A stretch of 64,000 nucleotides of DNA from a virus, in the IMG/VR virus record IMGVR_UViG_3300042922_000923, positions 1-64,000 of that record. The stretch is one strand, 5' to 3'. Numbering within the stretch: the first letter of the stretch is position 1; the number at the start of each line of letters is the position of its first letter. The position numbers and the translations under genes are program-made. The notes below the pieces were generated by a model. It did not search any database and was not told the origin of the DNA. It worked only from the letters and a program-made list of their open reading frames with translations. Below are positions 34,615 to 43,883 of the stretch, one piece after another.

Positions 34615-37359
34615 TTACCAACCTACCTCTTTTTTGTAGTTATCAATCATTTCTGGAGTATAATTTAATTTTTTCTTTAAATAAGAATATGCCTTTTCTT
34701 TCTTCTTTTCTTCTTGTTTCTTGCACCATGCTTTAAAATTAGCAACATTTGTTAAGCCTTGTAGATCCTCAAGCTCCACACCAGCAGCAGAACCATAATC
34801 TTTTCCAAGTTCTAACTCAGCAACTAAAGGTACTTCAACATCAAACCAACCATCAAAAGCAGCTTCCATTATTTCTTTACACTTTGTTGCAACTTCTAAT
34901 AATTCAGGAATATAAATATCAAATACAATAGAGTCATGTACAGTACAAACCATCATAGATTTTTTCTTAGTTTTCTTTAACCAATTAACTATATTAATAA
35001 TAGAAATTAAAGTACAATATGAACCAGTTCCTTGAATAGGAGAGTTCTTAGCTTGTCTTTCAGCATTAGCCTGAACGCCTCTATCTCTAGAATGAATGTT
35101 AGGTAATCTTCTCCTAAATCCAAACATATTTTCAACGTATCCCTTACGTTTACAGTCTGCAACTATATTCTCAAGCCACTTTGCAAGCTCAGGATGCGCC
35201 TTTTTAAAGTTTTCAAGTAGTTCATTTCCTGCTTTTAAAGCTTTCTTTAAAGGATAATTGTAGGGAGGTTTAGTGTATATTTCTCTTCCAAAAGTATTAC
35301 CACCCTTACCATATATACAACCAAATCCCACAGCCTTAGCAGCAGTTCTCATGTCTCCTGTAACTTCTTCTAATGGTACTTTCCATGTATCTGATGCAGT
35401 CTTAGTATGAGCATCCTCACCATTCTTATAAGCTTGTATATAGACCTTATCTCCTGATATAATTCCACCTATTCTTATCTCTAATTGAGAATAGTCCAGA
35501 TTCAGTATGCAGCCAAAGTCTCCAAATCTACTATTAAACATTCCTTTAGGTTCATATTTATACTGGAATAACGTAGGATTATCTACATGTCTAGGCAGTT
35601 GTTGAGCATTAGGATTTATACTTGCAAGTCTACATGTTTCAGTTCCTGTAAGTAGAAAACTAGGGTGTATACAGTCGTTCTTATCCTTCATATCTGGTAT
35701 CTTATCTATGAACATATCTTTAAGTATCTTTAGCTTTCTATACTCAACTAGCTTTTCTGGAATAGGGTGTTGTGTTGCTAATTCCTCTAGTGCCTCCTTA
35801 TTTGTTGATAATTCTCCTTCTTTAGTCTTTATCTCACATTCAAGGCCTAATACTTCATAGAATAGCTCTTTAAGCTGATTAGGAGAACTCCAGTTAAACT
35901 TATATTCTTTATACTTTTGAGTCTTCTTTATAAAGTCAACTTGCTCTTTATTCCTTTGTTTTGCTGGAACAGATTTAAGAAGGGCCTGTCTTTTTGCATA
36001 TAGTTCTCTTTTATCTCTTTCTATCCTAGCTATCTCAGGATAACTATTTAATTCATCAACAACTTTTCTTAATTCAATTTCGTATGCCTTTTGATATATA
36101 GCAACCTTTTCAAGATTCATGTGCATACCCCATTCTTCAACCTGAAGAAGTGCATAAGATGCAGGTATATATATTTCTTCCATGATTCTCTTCCATTTAG
36201 GATTAGCATCAATCTTAGGTTTAAATATGTGTAGTAATCTAAGTGCACAATCAGCATCGGCTGCACCATAAGGTGATAGTATACTCCAAGGAATAAGCTC
36301 ATAGTTACCTCTATCAGCCTCAGGAAGCGTTTCTTTGAATGCATCTAGATCATTATCATATCCTCCCATGTCTGTGAACTCCCAGGCCATATTTTTTAAA
36401 CCTTGAGTACCTTTTCTTTCAGAGATACATAAATAGTGAGCAAGCATTGGATCAAATAAGAAATTAACTACATGAATATCTAAAGTCACTTCCATGTACA
36501 TGATATCGAACATTCCATTTTGAGCTAACTTTTTGATAATAGGATTTTCTAAAAGCTTCTTTAATCGTGCTACTATTCTTAGTATATCTTTATGCTCTAT
36601 TGGAGATTCCCTATGGAATAATGGTATTATAGTTCCTGTCCTTTCTTTATTAGATAAAGATATACATATGACTTTAGCGTTATCTGCATAAGGATTATTA
36701 CCTGTAGATTCAATATCGAAAGATAACCATTCAAGCTCTGGATCTTCTGATGTGCATTCTGTTCCAAATCTATCAAGCTCTGAAAGTGCATCTTCTACAT
36801 TATCTATGACTTTGTATCCAACTTTTGATACCTTTGGCATTCCATTTTCATAGATATCTTTTAAATTATCTAAGTCACCTTGAATTAGAGGTCTGTTTGC
36901 AGGATTACGTGATATAGTAGATGGATGCAGTATTGGAAATACAATGATACCATCGCTCCTAGTAAATGCTTTTCCTCTAAACTTATTAATATTAACTTTT
37001 CCAAGTACATTTTTTAAAGCTGCATCCCCTAAAGGCACTATAATTTCAGGTTTAATAAGACTAATTTCAGTGTTTAAATGAGGCCTACATGCTGTCATAT
37101 TCTTTTGAGTTAATTTTTTATCTTTTATTTCAGGACATTTGATTGCGTATGTGCAATAAATATCATCTTCACTTATTCCTCTTTTTTCAAGTGCTTTTAT
37201 AAGGTTAATAGCTGCTTTTGTTCTAAAAACTACACCATTAACATTTTCGCTTCGCGCTGGTGTATCAGCAACTAGCATTACTTTTGCAGTATAACTTCCA
37301 CTGCCTAATTGACAAGGCATTGGAGCAAATGTTCCTAAGTTACATTTTTTACAGTCCAT
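34615..37359 (-). CDS. polA: Family A DNA polymerase with N-terminal family-4 UDG-like domain and 3'-5' exonuclease
   Basis: CKKC...KC...C...HPS (UDG fold); FDIES, QNGMFD, YGAADAD (Exo I-III); DYSQLEIR, R..AK...FG..YG, TVHDS (Pol A/B/C). Confidence 0.95.
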   Translation of the reverse strand: MDCKKCNLGTFAPMPCQLGSGSYTAKVMLVADTPARSENVNGVVFRTKAAINLIKALEKRGISEDDIYCTYAIKCPEIKDKKLTQKNMTACRPHLNTEISLIKPEIIVPLGDAALKNVLGKVNINKFRGKAFTRSDGIIVFPILHPSTISRNPANRPLIQGDLDNLKDIYENGMPKVSKVGYKVIDNVEDALSELDRFGTECTSEDPELEWLSFDIESTGNNPYADNAKVICISLSNKERTGTIIPLFHRESPIEHKDILRIVARLKKLLENPIIKKLAQNGMFDIMYMEVTLDIHVVNFLFDPMLAHYLCISERKGTQGLKNMAWEFTDMGGYDNDLDAFKETLPEADRGNYELIPWSILSPYGAADADCALRLLHIFKPKIDANPKWKRIMEEIYIPASYALLQVEEWGMHMNLEKVAIYQKAYEIELRKVVDELNSYPEIARIERDKRELYAKRQALLKSVPAKQRNKEQVDFIKKTQKYKEYKFNWSSPNQLKELFYEVLGLECEIKTKEGELSTNKEALEELATQHPIPEKLVEYRKLKILKDMFIDKIPDMKDKNDCIHPSFLLTGTETCRLASINPNAQQLPRHVDNPTLFQYKYEPKGMFNSRFGDFGCILNLDYSQLEIRIGGIISGDKVYIQAYKNGEDAHTKTASDTWKVPLEEVTGDMRTAAKAVGFGCIYGKGGNTFGREIYTKPPYNYPLKKALKAGNELLENFKKAHPELAKWLENIVADCKRKGYVENMFGFRRRLPNIHSRDRGVQANAERQAKNSPIQGTGSYCTLISIINIVNWLKKTKKKSMMVCTVHDSIVFDIYIPELLEVATKCKEIMEAAFDGWFDVEVPLVAELELGKDYGSAAGVELEDLQGLTNVANFKAWCKKQEEKKKEKAYSYLKKKLNYTPEMIDNYKKEVGW

Positions 37360-37400
37360 AATAAAATCCTCCTTATATATGTATAAAGAGGATTTAACAG

Positions 37401-37426
37401 AAATTATTTAAAATACTTCCACTTAG
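37401..37426 (-). promoter_or_regulatory. Phage promoter element upstream of polA
   Basis: CTAAGTGG-N10-AATAATTT. Confidence 0.65.
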
Positions 37427-37461
37427 AAAAATAAAGACCAACTAAAAGTCAGCCTTTATTT
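37427..37461 (-). terminator. Terminator after HU gene
   Basis: AAAATAAAGGCTGACT-TTT-AGTTGGTCTTTATTTT on the minus strand. Confidence 0.65.
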
Positions 37462-37505
37462 TAACTATAATTTTATTCAGTTAATTATATTAAGAAGTTT
37501 TTTCA

Positions 37506-37865
37506 CTATTCTTTTACTGGAACAGGCCTCCAAGCCTCAGGATCTAATTTAGAAGCTGCATTTTTAAGTTCAGTTCCACCTTTAATGGAAACACCAACAG
37601 TTTCTGGAATTAAATTTTTTTGCTTTTTAGAAATGTCGTTAGCTTCTCTTGCTGCTCTATAAATTGGTGTTGCTATAAAATAGCCTGTTAATTGCACAGC
37701 TTCTCCCTTGCCAATATGACTAGCTACAAATTCTTTCTCTGCATTCATAATAGCTTTAACAGTATCCTTTGGAAACTTAGTTTTCTCCATAATTTCTTTT
37801 ACTATTACCTCAGTAGTAACCTTTGGTGCAACTACTTTTTTTGTTTTAGTTTTTTCTGTTTTCAT
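37506..37865 (-). CDS. HU/IHF-like DNA-binding protein
   Basis: GE.VQL.GYF.....RAARE.......IPE...V.IK.G.ELK. Confidence 0.85.
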   Translation of the reverse strand: MKTEKTKTKKVVAPKVTTEVIVKEIMEKTKFPKDTVKAIMNAEKEFVASHIGKGEAVQLTGYFIATPIYRAAREANDISKKQKNLIPETVGVSIKGGTELKNAASKLDPEAWRPVPVKE

Positions 37866-38012
37866 GGTAATTCCTCCAATATCTATATTAAAACTTAGCT
37901 TAAGACGATTATCTTAGCTCTTTTTTATTATATACACTATTTTTTCCAGTTACTCCTATTATTTATATATTTTTTATTATTTTACCAAAATTCCAATGTG
38001 TAGTCAATGTTG

Positions 38013-38210
38013 CTAGTCATTTTCATAGGAGTATTCAATCAAAGCTAGTAAGTCATCTTTAGGTAATCCTAAGTCTTTGAACGATTTTATTGTAGAAACT
38101 AACATGTTAGATAAAGTATCTATAGTTTCTCCTTTAATATCTGCTTTTATAGTCCCATTTTTAGTAACATTTACTAAAATATGGTTCTTTGAATTAAATG
38201 TAGCTATCAT
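38013..38210 (-). CDS. Hypothetical protein
   Basis: 65-aa ORF with RBS. Confidence 0.5.
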   Translation of the reverse strand: MIATFNSKNHILVNVTKNGTIKADIKGETIDTLSNMLVSTIKSFKDLGLPKDDLLALIEYSYEND

Positions 38211-38258
38211 AGAGCACTTTCAACTCCCTTTACTATTTTATAATTATTAATCTTTATA

Positions 38259-38723
38259 CTACCATTTTATTAAGCCTTTCTCACCTGCTGATTCAAGTCC
38301 AGTTTTTGCAGGTCCAAATAGCTCCAATTTCTTAATTTCATCAGGATACATCCATACCCACCCACTCATTTCAGAAGGTTGAGGCTTAACTTCACCTGAG
38401 AAACTATGTGTTATAAACATAAATGATATCCACATCTTTTCCTCATTACCTGATCCTCCATTATTATACGCGCCTACGTGTACATCATAACAGTCTAAAT
38501 TTTTAACATCTAAGTTACATTCTTCCTTTACTTCTCTTATTGCCCCTTCAAGCACTGTTTCTTGTGTGTCCGTTTTCCCTCCAGGAGTTCCCCATGTTCT
38601 AGTATCAGTTCTAACGCCTACAAGTATTTGTCCTTGTTTATTTACAATAATGACTCCAGCTCCCCAGTTTTCACCTGCTTTTTTTCTTAGTTGTGTTATG
38701 GTCCTTTTGTCTATTTCGTTCAA
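38259..38723 (-). CDS. Nudix hydrolase
   Basis: Nudix box GKTDTQETVLEGAIREVKEECNL. Confidence 0.9.
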   Translation of the reverse strand: MNEIDKRTITQLRKKAGENWGAGVIIVNKQGQILVGVRTDTRTWGTPGGKTDTQETVLEGAIREVKEECNLDVKNLDCYDVHVGAYNNGGSGNEEKMWISFMFITHSFSGEVKPQPSEMSGWVWMYPDEIKKLELFGPAKTGLESAGEKGLIKW

Positions 38724-39126
38724 TATCTTCAGTCCCTTCCATTACTTCTTCAATGTAACCACATTTATCAGAGTATAGATATCTACTATTCTCTTTACCA
38801 GGTACTTCACCATACCAAGGAAACTCAGAACAAACTCTAGGCCTAGTCTCATGAACAGTACACAAATTTTTAGATTCATCAAATTTAGTACAAGTATAAT
38901 AAAATACTTTATCAGAATCATAAAAAGGCCAAGTTTTTAAATAAGGATTAATTTCTAAGGCTTTTTCCATAGTAATAGGTTTCCAAAATAAATAGGCAAA
39001 TTCCATATCTGTATAGTTATCTATGGATTTTGGAAAATCACCAGTCCATATTCTATTTGCAATATATTCAGGACTTAAGTTTATTCTTATTACTCTACAG
39101 CAATTTCCACACATCTTACAAGGCAT
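38671..39126 (-). CDS. YkgJ-family cysteine-cluster (Fe-S/Zn) protein
   Basis: CKMCGNCC...C......C.VHETRP.VC..FP. Confidence 0.85.
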   Translation of the reverse strand: MPCKMCGNCCRVIRINLSPEYIANRIWTGDFPKSIDNYTDMEFAYLFWKPITMEKALEINPYLKTWPFYDSDKVFYYTCTKFDESKNLCTVHETRPRVCSEFPWYGEVPGKENSRYLYSDKCGYIEEVMEGTEDIERNRQKDHNTTKKKSR

Positions 39127-39725
39127 TATGAAACTAAACCTTCTTTCATCATATAATTTCTTAGCTTCTTAACTGCCCTTGCATCAAGTCTGGAAACATA
39201 AGATTGTGTTAATCCTATAGCATTAGCCACTTGAACTTGAGTATAGTTTTTAAAATATCTATATTCAATAATTTCTCTTTCTTTTTCAGAAAGGGTTTTT
39301 AAGGCACATATAAGTAGCTCTTTATTTTCAATAGATTCGTATGAATCTTCATTATATTCAAGCATTTCTGATAGAGATACCTTGTCATTAGTAGTATAAT
39401 CCACAACTATAGGTGCATCTAAATATGCTAGATTTATACGTTGAAATTTTGTACTATTAATTCGTCCAGCATAAACAAATTTATCAGCATGTACATAGTT
39501 ATAAATATAACCAACAATAAATTTTGAAGCATAAGTAGAAAACTGAATATTCTTCTTAGGATCAAAACGTTTAGATGCACTTATTAGACCTAAAGTTCCT
39601 ATTTGAATTAGTTCATCTTGAGAGTATATATCCTTGAATTTTGGATATAATGTTTTGTGAACTAAGCTATAAACCAATTTTAAATTTTCCTCTATTCCAC
39701 TACCTCTTTCCTTTGTTTCATTCAT
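39126..39725 (-). CDS. Sporulation-type (SigF/G-like) sigma factor
   Basis: ENLKLV, ELIQIGTLGLI.A..RFDP....FSTYA, LSEKEREII..RYF...TQ.QVA..IG.TQSYVSRL. Confidence 0.9.
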   Translation of the reverse strand: MNETKERGSGIEENLKLVYSLVHKTLYPKFKDIYSQDELIQIGTLGLISASKRFDPKKNIQFSTYASKFIVGYIYNYVHADKFVYAGRINSTKFQRINLAYLDAPIVVDYTTNDKVSLSEMLEYNEDSYESIENKELLICALKTLSEKEREIIEYRYFKNYTQVQVANAIGLTQSYVSRLDARAVKKLRNYMMKEGLVS

Positions 39726-40614
39726 GTAAACTAAACACTCCTTTACTTGTTTTGGTAGCCTCTTTTAATTTAATTCCTCTACAATGACTACAATTTCCAC
39801 ATATAGATATATTGTCATTTTTAACTATATAGCTTATATCCTCTAATATAGCATCTTTATACCACTTAGCGCATTCCCACATGTTTGTAGATGAATTAAG
39901 CACAAAGTAATCTGAATCTAATCTTTCCGGTATTTTTAACTGTGAATTATTAAATGTTACATAATCTTTAGCATTCAATATTCTCGCAAGTTTAATAAAA
40001 TTTATAATAACATGATTATATGCTTTCTTTTCTGCAACTAATGTTGTTAAAATATCTTTTAATTGTGTCACTTGAGGTATTATAGGATCTATGCAAAGTA
40101 TAACATATAATCCATGCATTTTAGCTTTATACAGTAATTTTCTTAAGGCTTGTATTCTTTTATACTCAGTACTATTTATATAGTCAGACTGTACATTAGA
40201 AATCTGACTTAAATTACATTGCATAATATTAAAAGGATTGGTACTTAAGTCTTTAAGTATATCTGCTGAAAGGTCCCTGTCTGTTTCAATATACATTGGA
40301 GCATTGTAGCTGGATAATTTATTTACTATCCAGCTTACAAATTTCAAGTTGTTTAGGGTATTAACATTAATATAGAAATAAGGTGTCTTTACAGATTCTT
40401 TTAGATACTTTTCAATTATTCTTTTTGATACATTAGTAAATTTATTTACATATATAAACTTATTTCCTGTACAATCAGTAATATTGAATAATCTATCTTT
40501 TCCTTCTAGATTTTCATTTACTGGACACGATGAACTCCTTATGTTATAAATCTTTGAAGGTTGATGTATAGACTTTCTTATATTTATTATTGAAACTCTT
40601 TTCATATCATTCAC
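39718..40614 (-). CDS. Degenerate radical-SAM / spore-photoproduct-lyase-like protein
   Basis: R..AL.KL...A...G..V...IDPIIP barrel motif; no intact N-terminal CxxxCxxC; C-terminal CGNCSHC. Confidence 0.45.
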   Translation of the reverse strand: MNDMKRVSIINIRKSIHQPSKIYNIRSSSCPVNENLEGKDRLFNITDCTGNKFIYVNKFTNVSKRIIEKYLKESVKTPYFYINVNTLNNLKFVSWIVNKLSSYNAPMYIETDRDLSADILKDLSTNPFNIMQCNLSQISNVQSDYINSTEYKRIQALRKLLYKAKMHGLYVILCIDPIIPQVTQLKDILTTLVAEKKAYNHVIINFIKLARILNAKDYVTFNNSQLKIPERLDSDYFVLNSSTNMWECAKWYKDAILEDISYIVKNDNISICGNCSHCRGIKLKEATKTSKGVFSLHE

Positions 40615-40972
40615 CTTTGCTTACATATGTCTTCTTCAATGCCATTGTAAGTCTCATTCTTCTAATTCCTTGATTATTAAATCTTTGCCAAGAAGGATCT
40701 GCCTGTCTCTCATTAGCTAATTTTTCTAAGTCCTCCATAGACATATTCTTAAAATCTGGATATTGAACTGAATTTATTTTATCACTCTTAGTTTTATTAG
40801 AAAGTTCCTTAGAAACTTTATCTGCTAATGGTAATTCTGGTTTTAAAACTTTTCCTGAAGTAAGCGCTTTGCATTCTTTATTACAGAAACATAGCTTGCA
40901 TTCTTTAATATCTGCATCAAAAGCTTTCCCATAACATTGTGACTCTTTTTTTAATTGTTCTATTGTATTCAT
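40607..40972 (-). CDS. Cys-containing hypothetical DNA-binding protein
   Basis: CYG.AFD....ECKLC....EC plus helical C-terminal domain; start at MNTIEQ. Confidence 0.55.
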   Translation of the reverse strand: MNTIEQLKKESQCYGKAFDADIKECKLCFCNKECKALTSGKVLKPELPLADKVSKELSNKTKSDKINSVQYPDFKNMSMEDLEKLANERQADPSWQRFNNQGIRRMRLTMALKKTYVSKGE

Positions 40973-41024
40973 TTTAATATCACTCCAAATTACTTCTTTA
41001 ACTATTATAAAGATAATAAATTTC

Positions 41025-41051
41025 AAATTATTTTTTGATTAGTCCATATAG
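41025..41051 (-). promoter_or_regulatory. Phage promoter element
   Basis: CTATATGG-N11-AATAATTT. Confidence 0.55.
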
Positions 41052-41155
41052 ACACGAATTAACTCAATATGATATTATGTTATTTACGCATACACGCGTT
41101 TATCAAATCTTCTAAAGTATTAGCTATAACTTCACAAGATTTGATAAATCATTAG

Positions 41156-41791
41156 TTATTTGAATACATTGTAAGCTTGTTCTCTAATTTCCTTTAAACC
41201 TTTGTTTAAATCATTTATGGATATTCCTAGTGATCTTGCAATATGGTGCATTCTTAAATTCATGGATCTAGTTACTCTGACTTCGCTATGACCTTGATCG
41301 TGTAGCATTTTCTTTCTAGCTTTGTCCATATTAAGCTCCCAAATAGTTCTATCTGATGGTGATAATAGCTCTTCTAAAATTGCTGAAGCAACTATGTTTC
41401 CAGATAGAAGTTCTTGTAGCTGAAGCAAACCTTCTTGAACATAAATGTTATTTAAGTTATCATCTAGTTTTCCCTTAGAATCTTCATACTCAGAATCAGA
41501 AATCTCTCCATCATCTAGTTGTACTAAATTATTGTAAGACACTTGATTGGAATCTAAATTTCCTTTTTTAATTTTATTGCATAGTAACCTTTTTAAACTT
41601 ACAGAGAATATAGTCTTAAATTCTTCAATAGGCTTATCTCTATACCTATTCCAGCACTTATAAAGAACTATTAAACTATCTTGATAAAAGTCGTTTCTGT
41701 CATATGCCTGAGAGTTAGGTATATATTTTCTAGTTACAAAATGTATTAAATTTGAAAATTTACTTGTTGTTTCCTCAAATGTTAAATCCAT
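41156..41791 (-). CDS. Divergent phage sigma factor
   Basis: LIH....KY......DRNDFYQD..I.L..C (region 2), HIARSLGIS HTH. Confidence 0.65.
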   Translation of the reverse strand: MDLTFEETTSKFSNLIHFVTRKYIPNSQAYDRNDFYQDSLIVLYKCWNRYRDKPIEEFKTIFSVSLKRLLCNKIKKGNLDSNQVSYNNLVQLDDGEISDSEYEDSKGKLDDNLNNIYVQEGLLQLQELLSGNIVASAILEELLSPSDRTIWELNMDKARKKMLHDQGHSEVRVTRSMNLRMHHIARSLGISINDLNKGLKEIREQAYNVFK

Positions 41792-41979
41792 TATTTGTTT
41801 TCTCCCCTTTTTAAAATATTACTTAATCTACATAAATATATTATAGTTAAAACTTCCAGTAAAGGGAAATATTAAATAGACCTGTAGCACGTAATACAGG
41901 TCTATTTTTTTAATAAAATCTTAAGTTATCTTCATTTTTCTACTATTATTAATTATTGTAAACCTACTAGCACTTTGGA

Positions 41980-42468
41980 TTAACCACAATTAATCCTATT
42001 AAAAAAGGCATCCATATCATAGTAGTATCTTGATATTTTTTTATATCCTTTTATCTCAATTCCATTTTCTTTACACCAATCTATTGGAAATGATTTTCTT
42101 GAAGAAGTTAGCATGTACTTTTTTACTTCTTTAGCAGATAAGGCACAAGTAAAATTTTCATCTCTAAAATTAAATATGAAAAATGCTCTTACTTTTTCAT
42201 GATCTATTCTAGACATATCCTTAATCTGACTTTTCCTTATACCTTCAAATGGTATCCTTTTTCCAGAATAACTTTTTAACTCTAAAAAGAATAAATTTTT
42301 AAGAGTCATGACCAGACAATCACACATGTTCGATGCCTGAAATCTAACATTTTCATTTTTATCCCCTGCAAAATTTCCAGTACCATCCCTTAGTCTATAA
42401 TAAAAATAATTAGTATTCTTTAATATGGACTCCTTAACATCACCCTCAAATTTTTTCCCTACATTCAT
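41980..42468 (-). CDS. recU: Holliday junction resolvase, RecU-like
   Basis: GKKFE, YRLRD, N.CD, ELKS, Q, SFPIDW. Confidence 0.8.
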   Translation of the reverse strand: MNVGKKFEGDVKESILKNTNYFYYRLRDGTGNFAGDKNENVRFQASNMCDCLVMTLKNLFFLELKSYSGKRIPFEGIRKSQIKDMSRIDHEKVRAFFIFNFRDENFTCALSAKEVKKYMLTSSRKSFPIDWCKENGIEIKGYKKISRYYYDMDAFFNRINCG

Positions 42469-42711
42469 GTCTAAATCCCCCTTGTAGCTATTTAATTATC
42501 TTAAAATTTTCAAAGGTCCTTAACCATTCTACTCTGGTATCTTCATCAATATATTCTTCCTTATTTGTTTTAAAATCCACAACGTTATTATCATTATGCA
42601 GCTTCCAGTCTACTCTATATATTCTACCATTATGCCTTATATAGACTCCATGATGTAAGAATGATAGAGTTCTCATACACTTCATATACATCAACTCCTA
42701 GCATAAAGTTG

Positions 42712-43458
42712 TTAATTATCATGTTCTATAATCTTGACATCATCCTGAGGTATAACATCGTAATCTGGAACAATAAAATTAAATTTAATATTTTCACTAG
42801 AAATAGTTTTAAGTAATGCCTCAATATTATTTTCTAAGTTTTTTATAGCTTTGCTTCTTCTCTTAGGATCACTTTGAATTGTATTTCGTGCAGAGTCCTT
42901 TACTCTCCCATTAATATCATTTAATTCCTGAGGTTCAAATTTATCTGCAAATAAACCTGTGCTACTAGAAAGAGTAGTTTTACTTTCATCCAATTCACAT
43001 TGTAGTAAAGACAAATTATTTGGATTAATTATTATAGTTACAATATTATTTTTAACTTCAATATCATCAGAAATATTAGATAATTCATAAGCAAATGTAT
43101 ATTTAAATGTTGCATCAACAAATAACTCTCTTCCATTTAATTTCTTCTTAAGCCACGCAAACTTAGTATCTTCATCTGTAATACTATCATTTGCAAACTT
43201 TTGTTGAACTTCATCTTCTCCACCTAGACAATTCATAGAATTAACAGCACTTAATTTTTTTATTACTTCTTCTTTACTAATTAGCTTTAGATCCTGAGAT
43301 GTATTTTTTTCAGAATTTACTGAAGGTACTCTTTGATTAGTTTTAGAAACATACCTCTTGTAAGTTACAACTGATAGCTCAAGTAGTATACAAACTAAAA
43401 CTGTTGTTATTATATAAAATACTTTTTTACTCTTCATCGTCATTATCCTCCTGGTCAC
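42712..43458 (-). CDS. DUF4230-like membrane-anchored protein
   Basis: N-terminal TM helix, ATFKYTFAYEL, GLF, A..N....I..L. Confidence 0.6.
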   Translation of the reverse strand: MTRRIMTMKSKKVFYIITTVLVCILLELSVVTYKRYVSKTNQRVPSVNSEKNTSQDLKLISKEEVIKKLSAVNSMNCLGGEDEVQQKFANDSITDEDTKFAWLKKKLNGRELFVDATFKYTFAYELSNISDDIEVKNNIVTIIINPNNLSLLQCELDESKTTLSSSTGLFADKFEPQELNDINGRVKDSARNTIQSDPKRRSKAIKNLENNIEALLKTISSENIKFNFIVPDYDVIPQDDVKIIEHDN

Positions 43459-43714
43459 ATTCTTTTAGAGCTTTTAAAAATTCTTCTTTTTCATTATCAT
43501 TTAGAGAATCTATATAATCCTTTTGATACTTCAGAGTAAAAAGTGTATCAAAGAGTAATCCTAAGATTATTACTGGATAAAATAAAAAACCTAAAAATTT
43601 AAATAAATAATTCTTCAAGGATCTAGAAGAGAACTCTACATGTTTTTTTCCTAAAGTGTAAATTAGCATTCCAACAGCTGTATATATCATTAAAAAAAGC
43701 TCTAGAGAAGTCAT
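43427..43714 (-). CDS. Small membrane protein
   Basis: Two hydrophobic helices. Confidence 0.55.
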   Translation of the reverse strand: MTSLELFLMIYTAVGMLIYTLGKKHVEFSSRSLKNYLFKFLGFLFYPVIILGLLFDTLFTLKYQKDYIDSLNDNEKEEFLKALKECDQEDNDDEE

Positions 43715-43883
43715 ACTTTCTTCTCCTTGACATTGATTCTTTTTACATCTTTATAATAAAATGCTGACCTTTTTCCTTCCCAACTTACATTTACTGTGTC
43801 TCCATATATAGAAGCAACAATTCCTTTATAAGCCACTTTCTTATATGTTATTTCAACTTCTTCCTCTTTTTTAAAATCATTCA

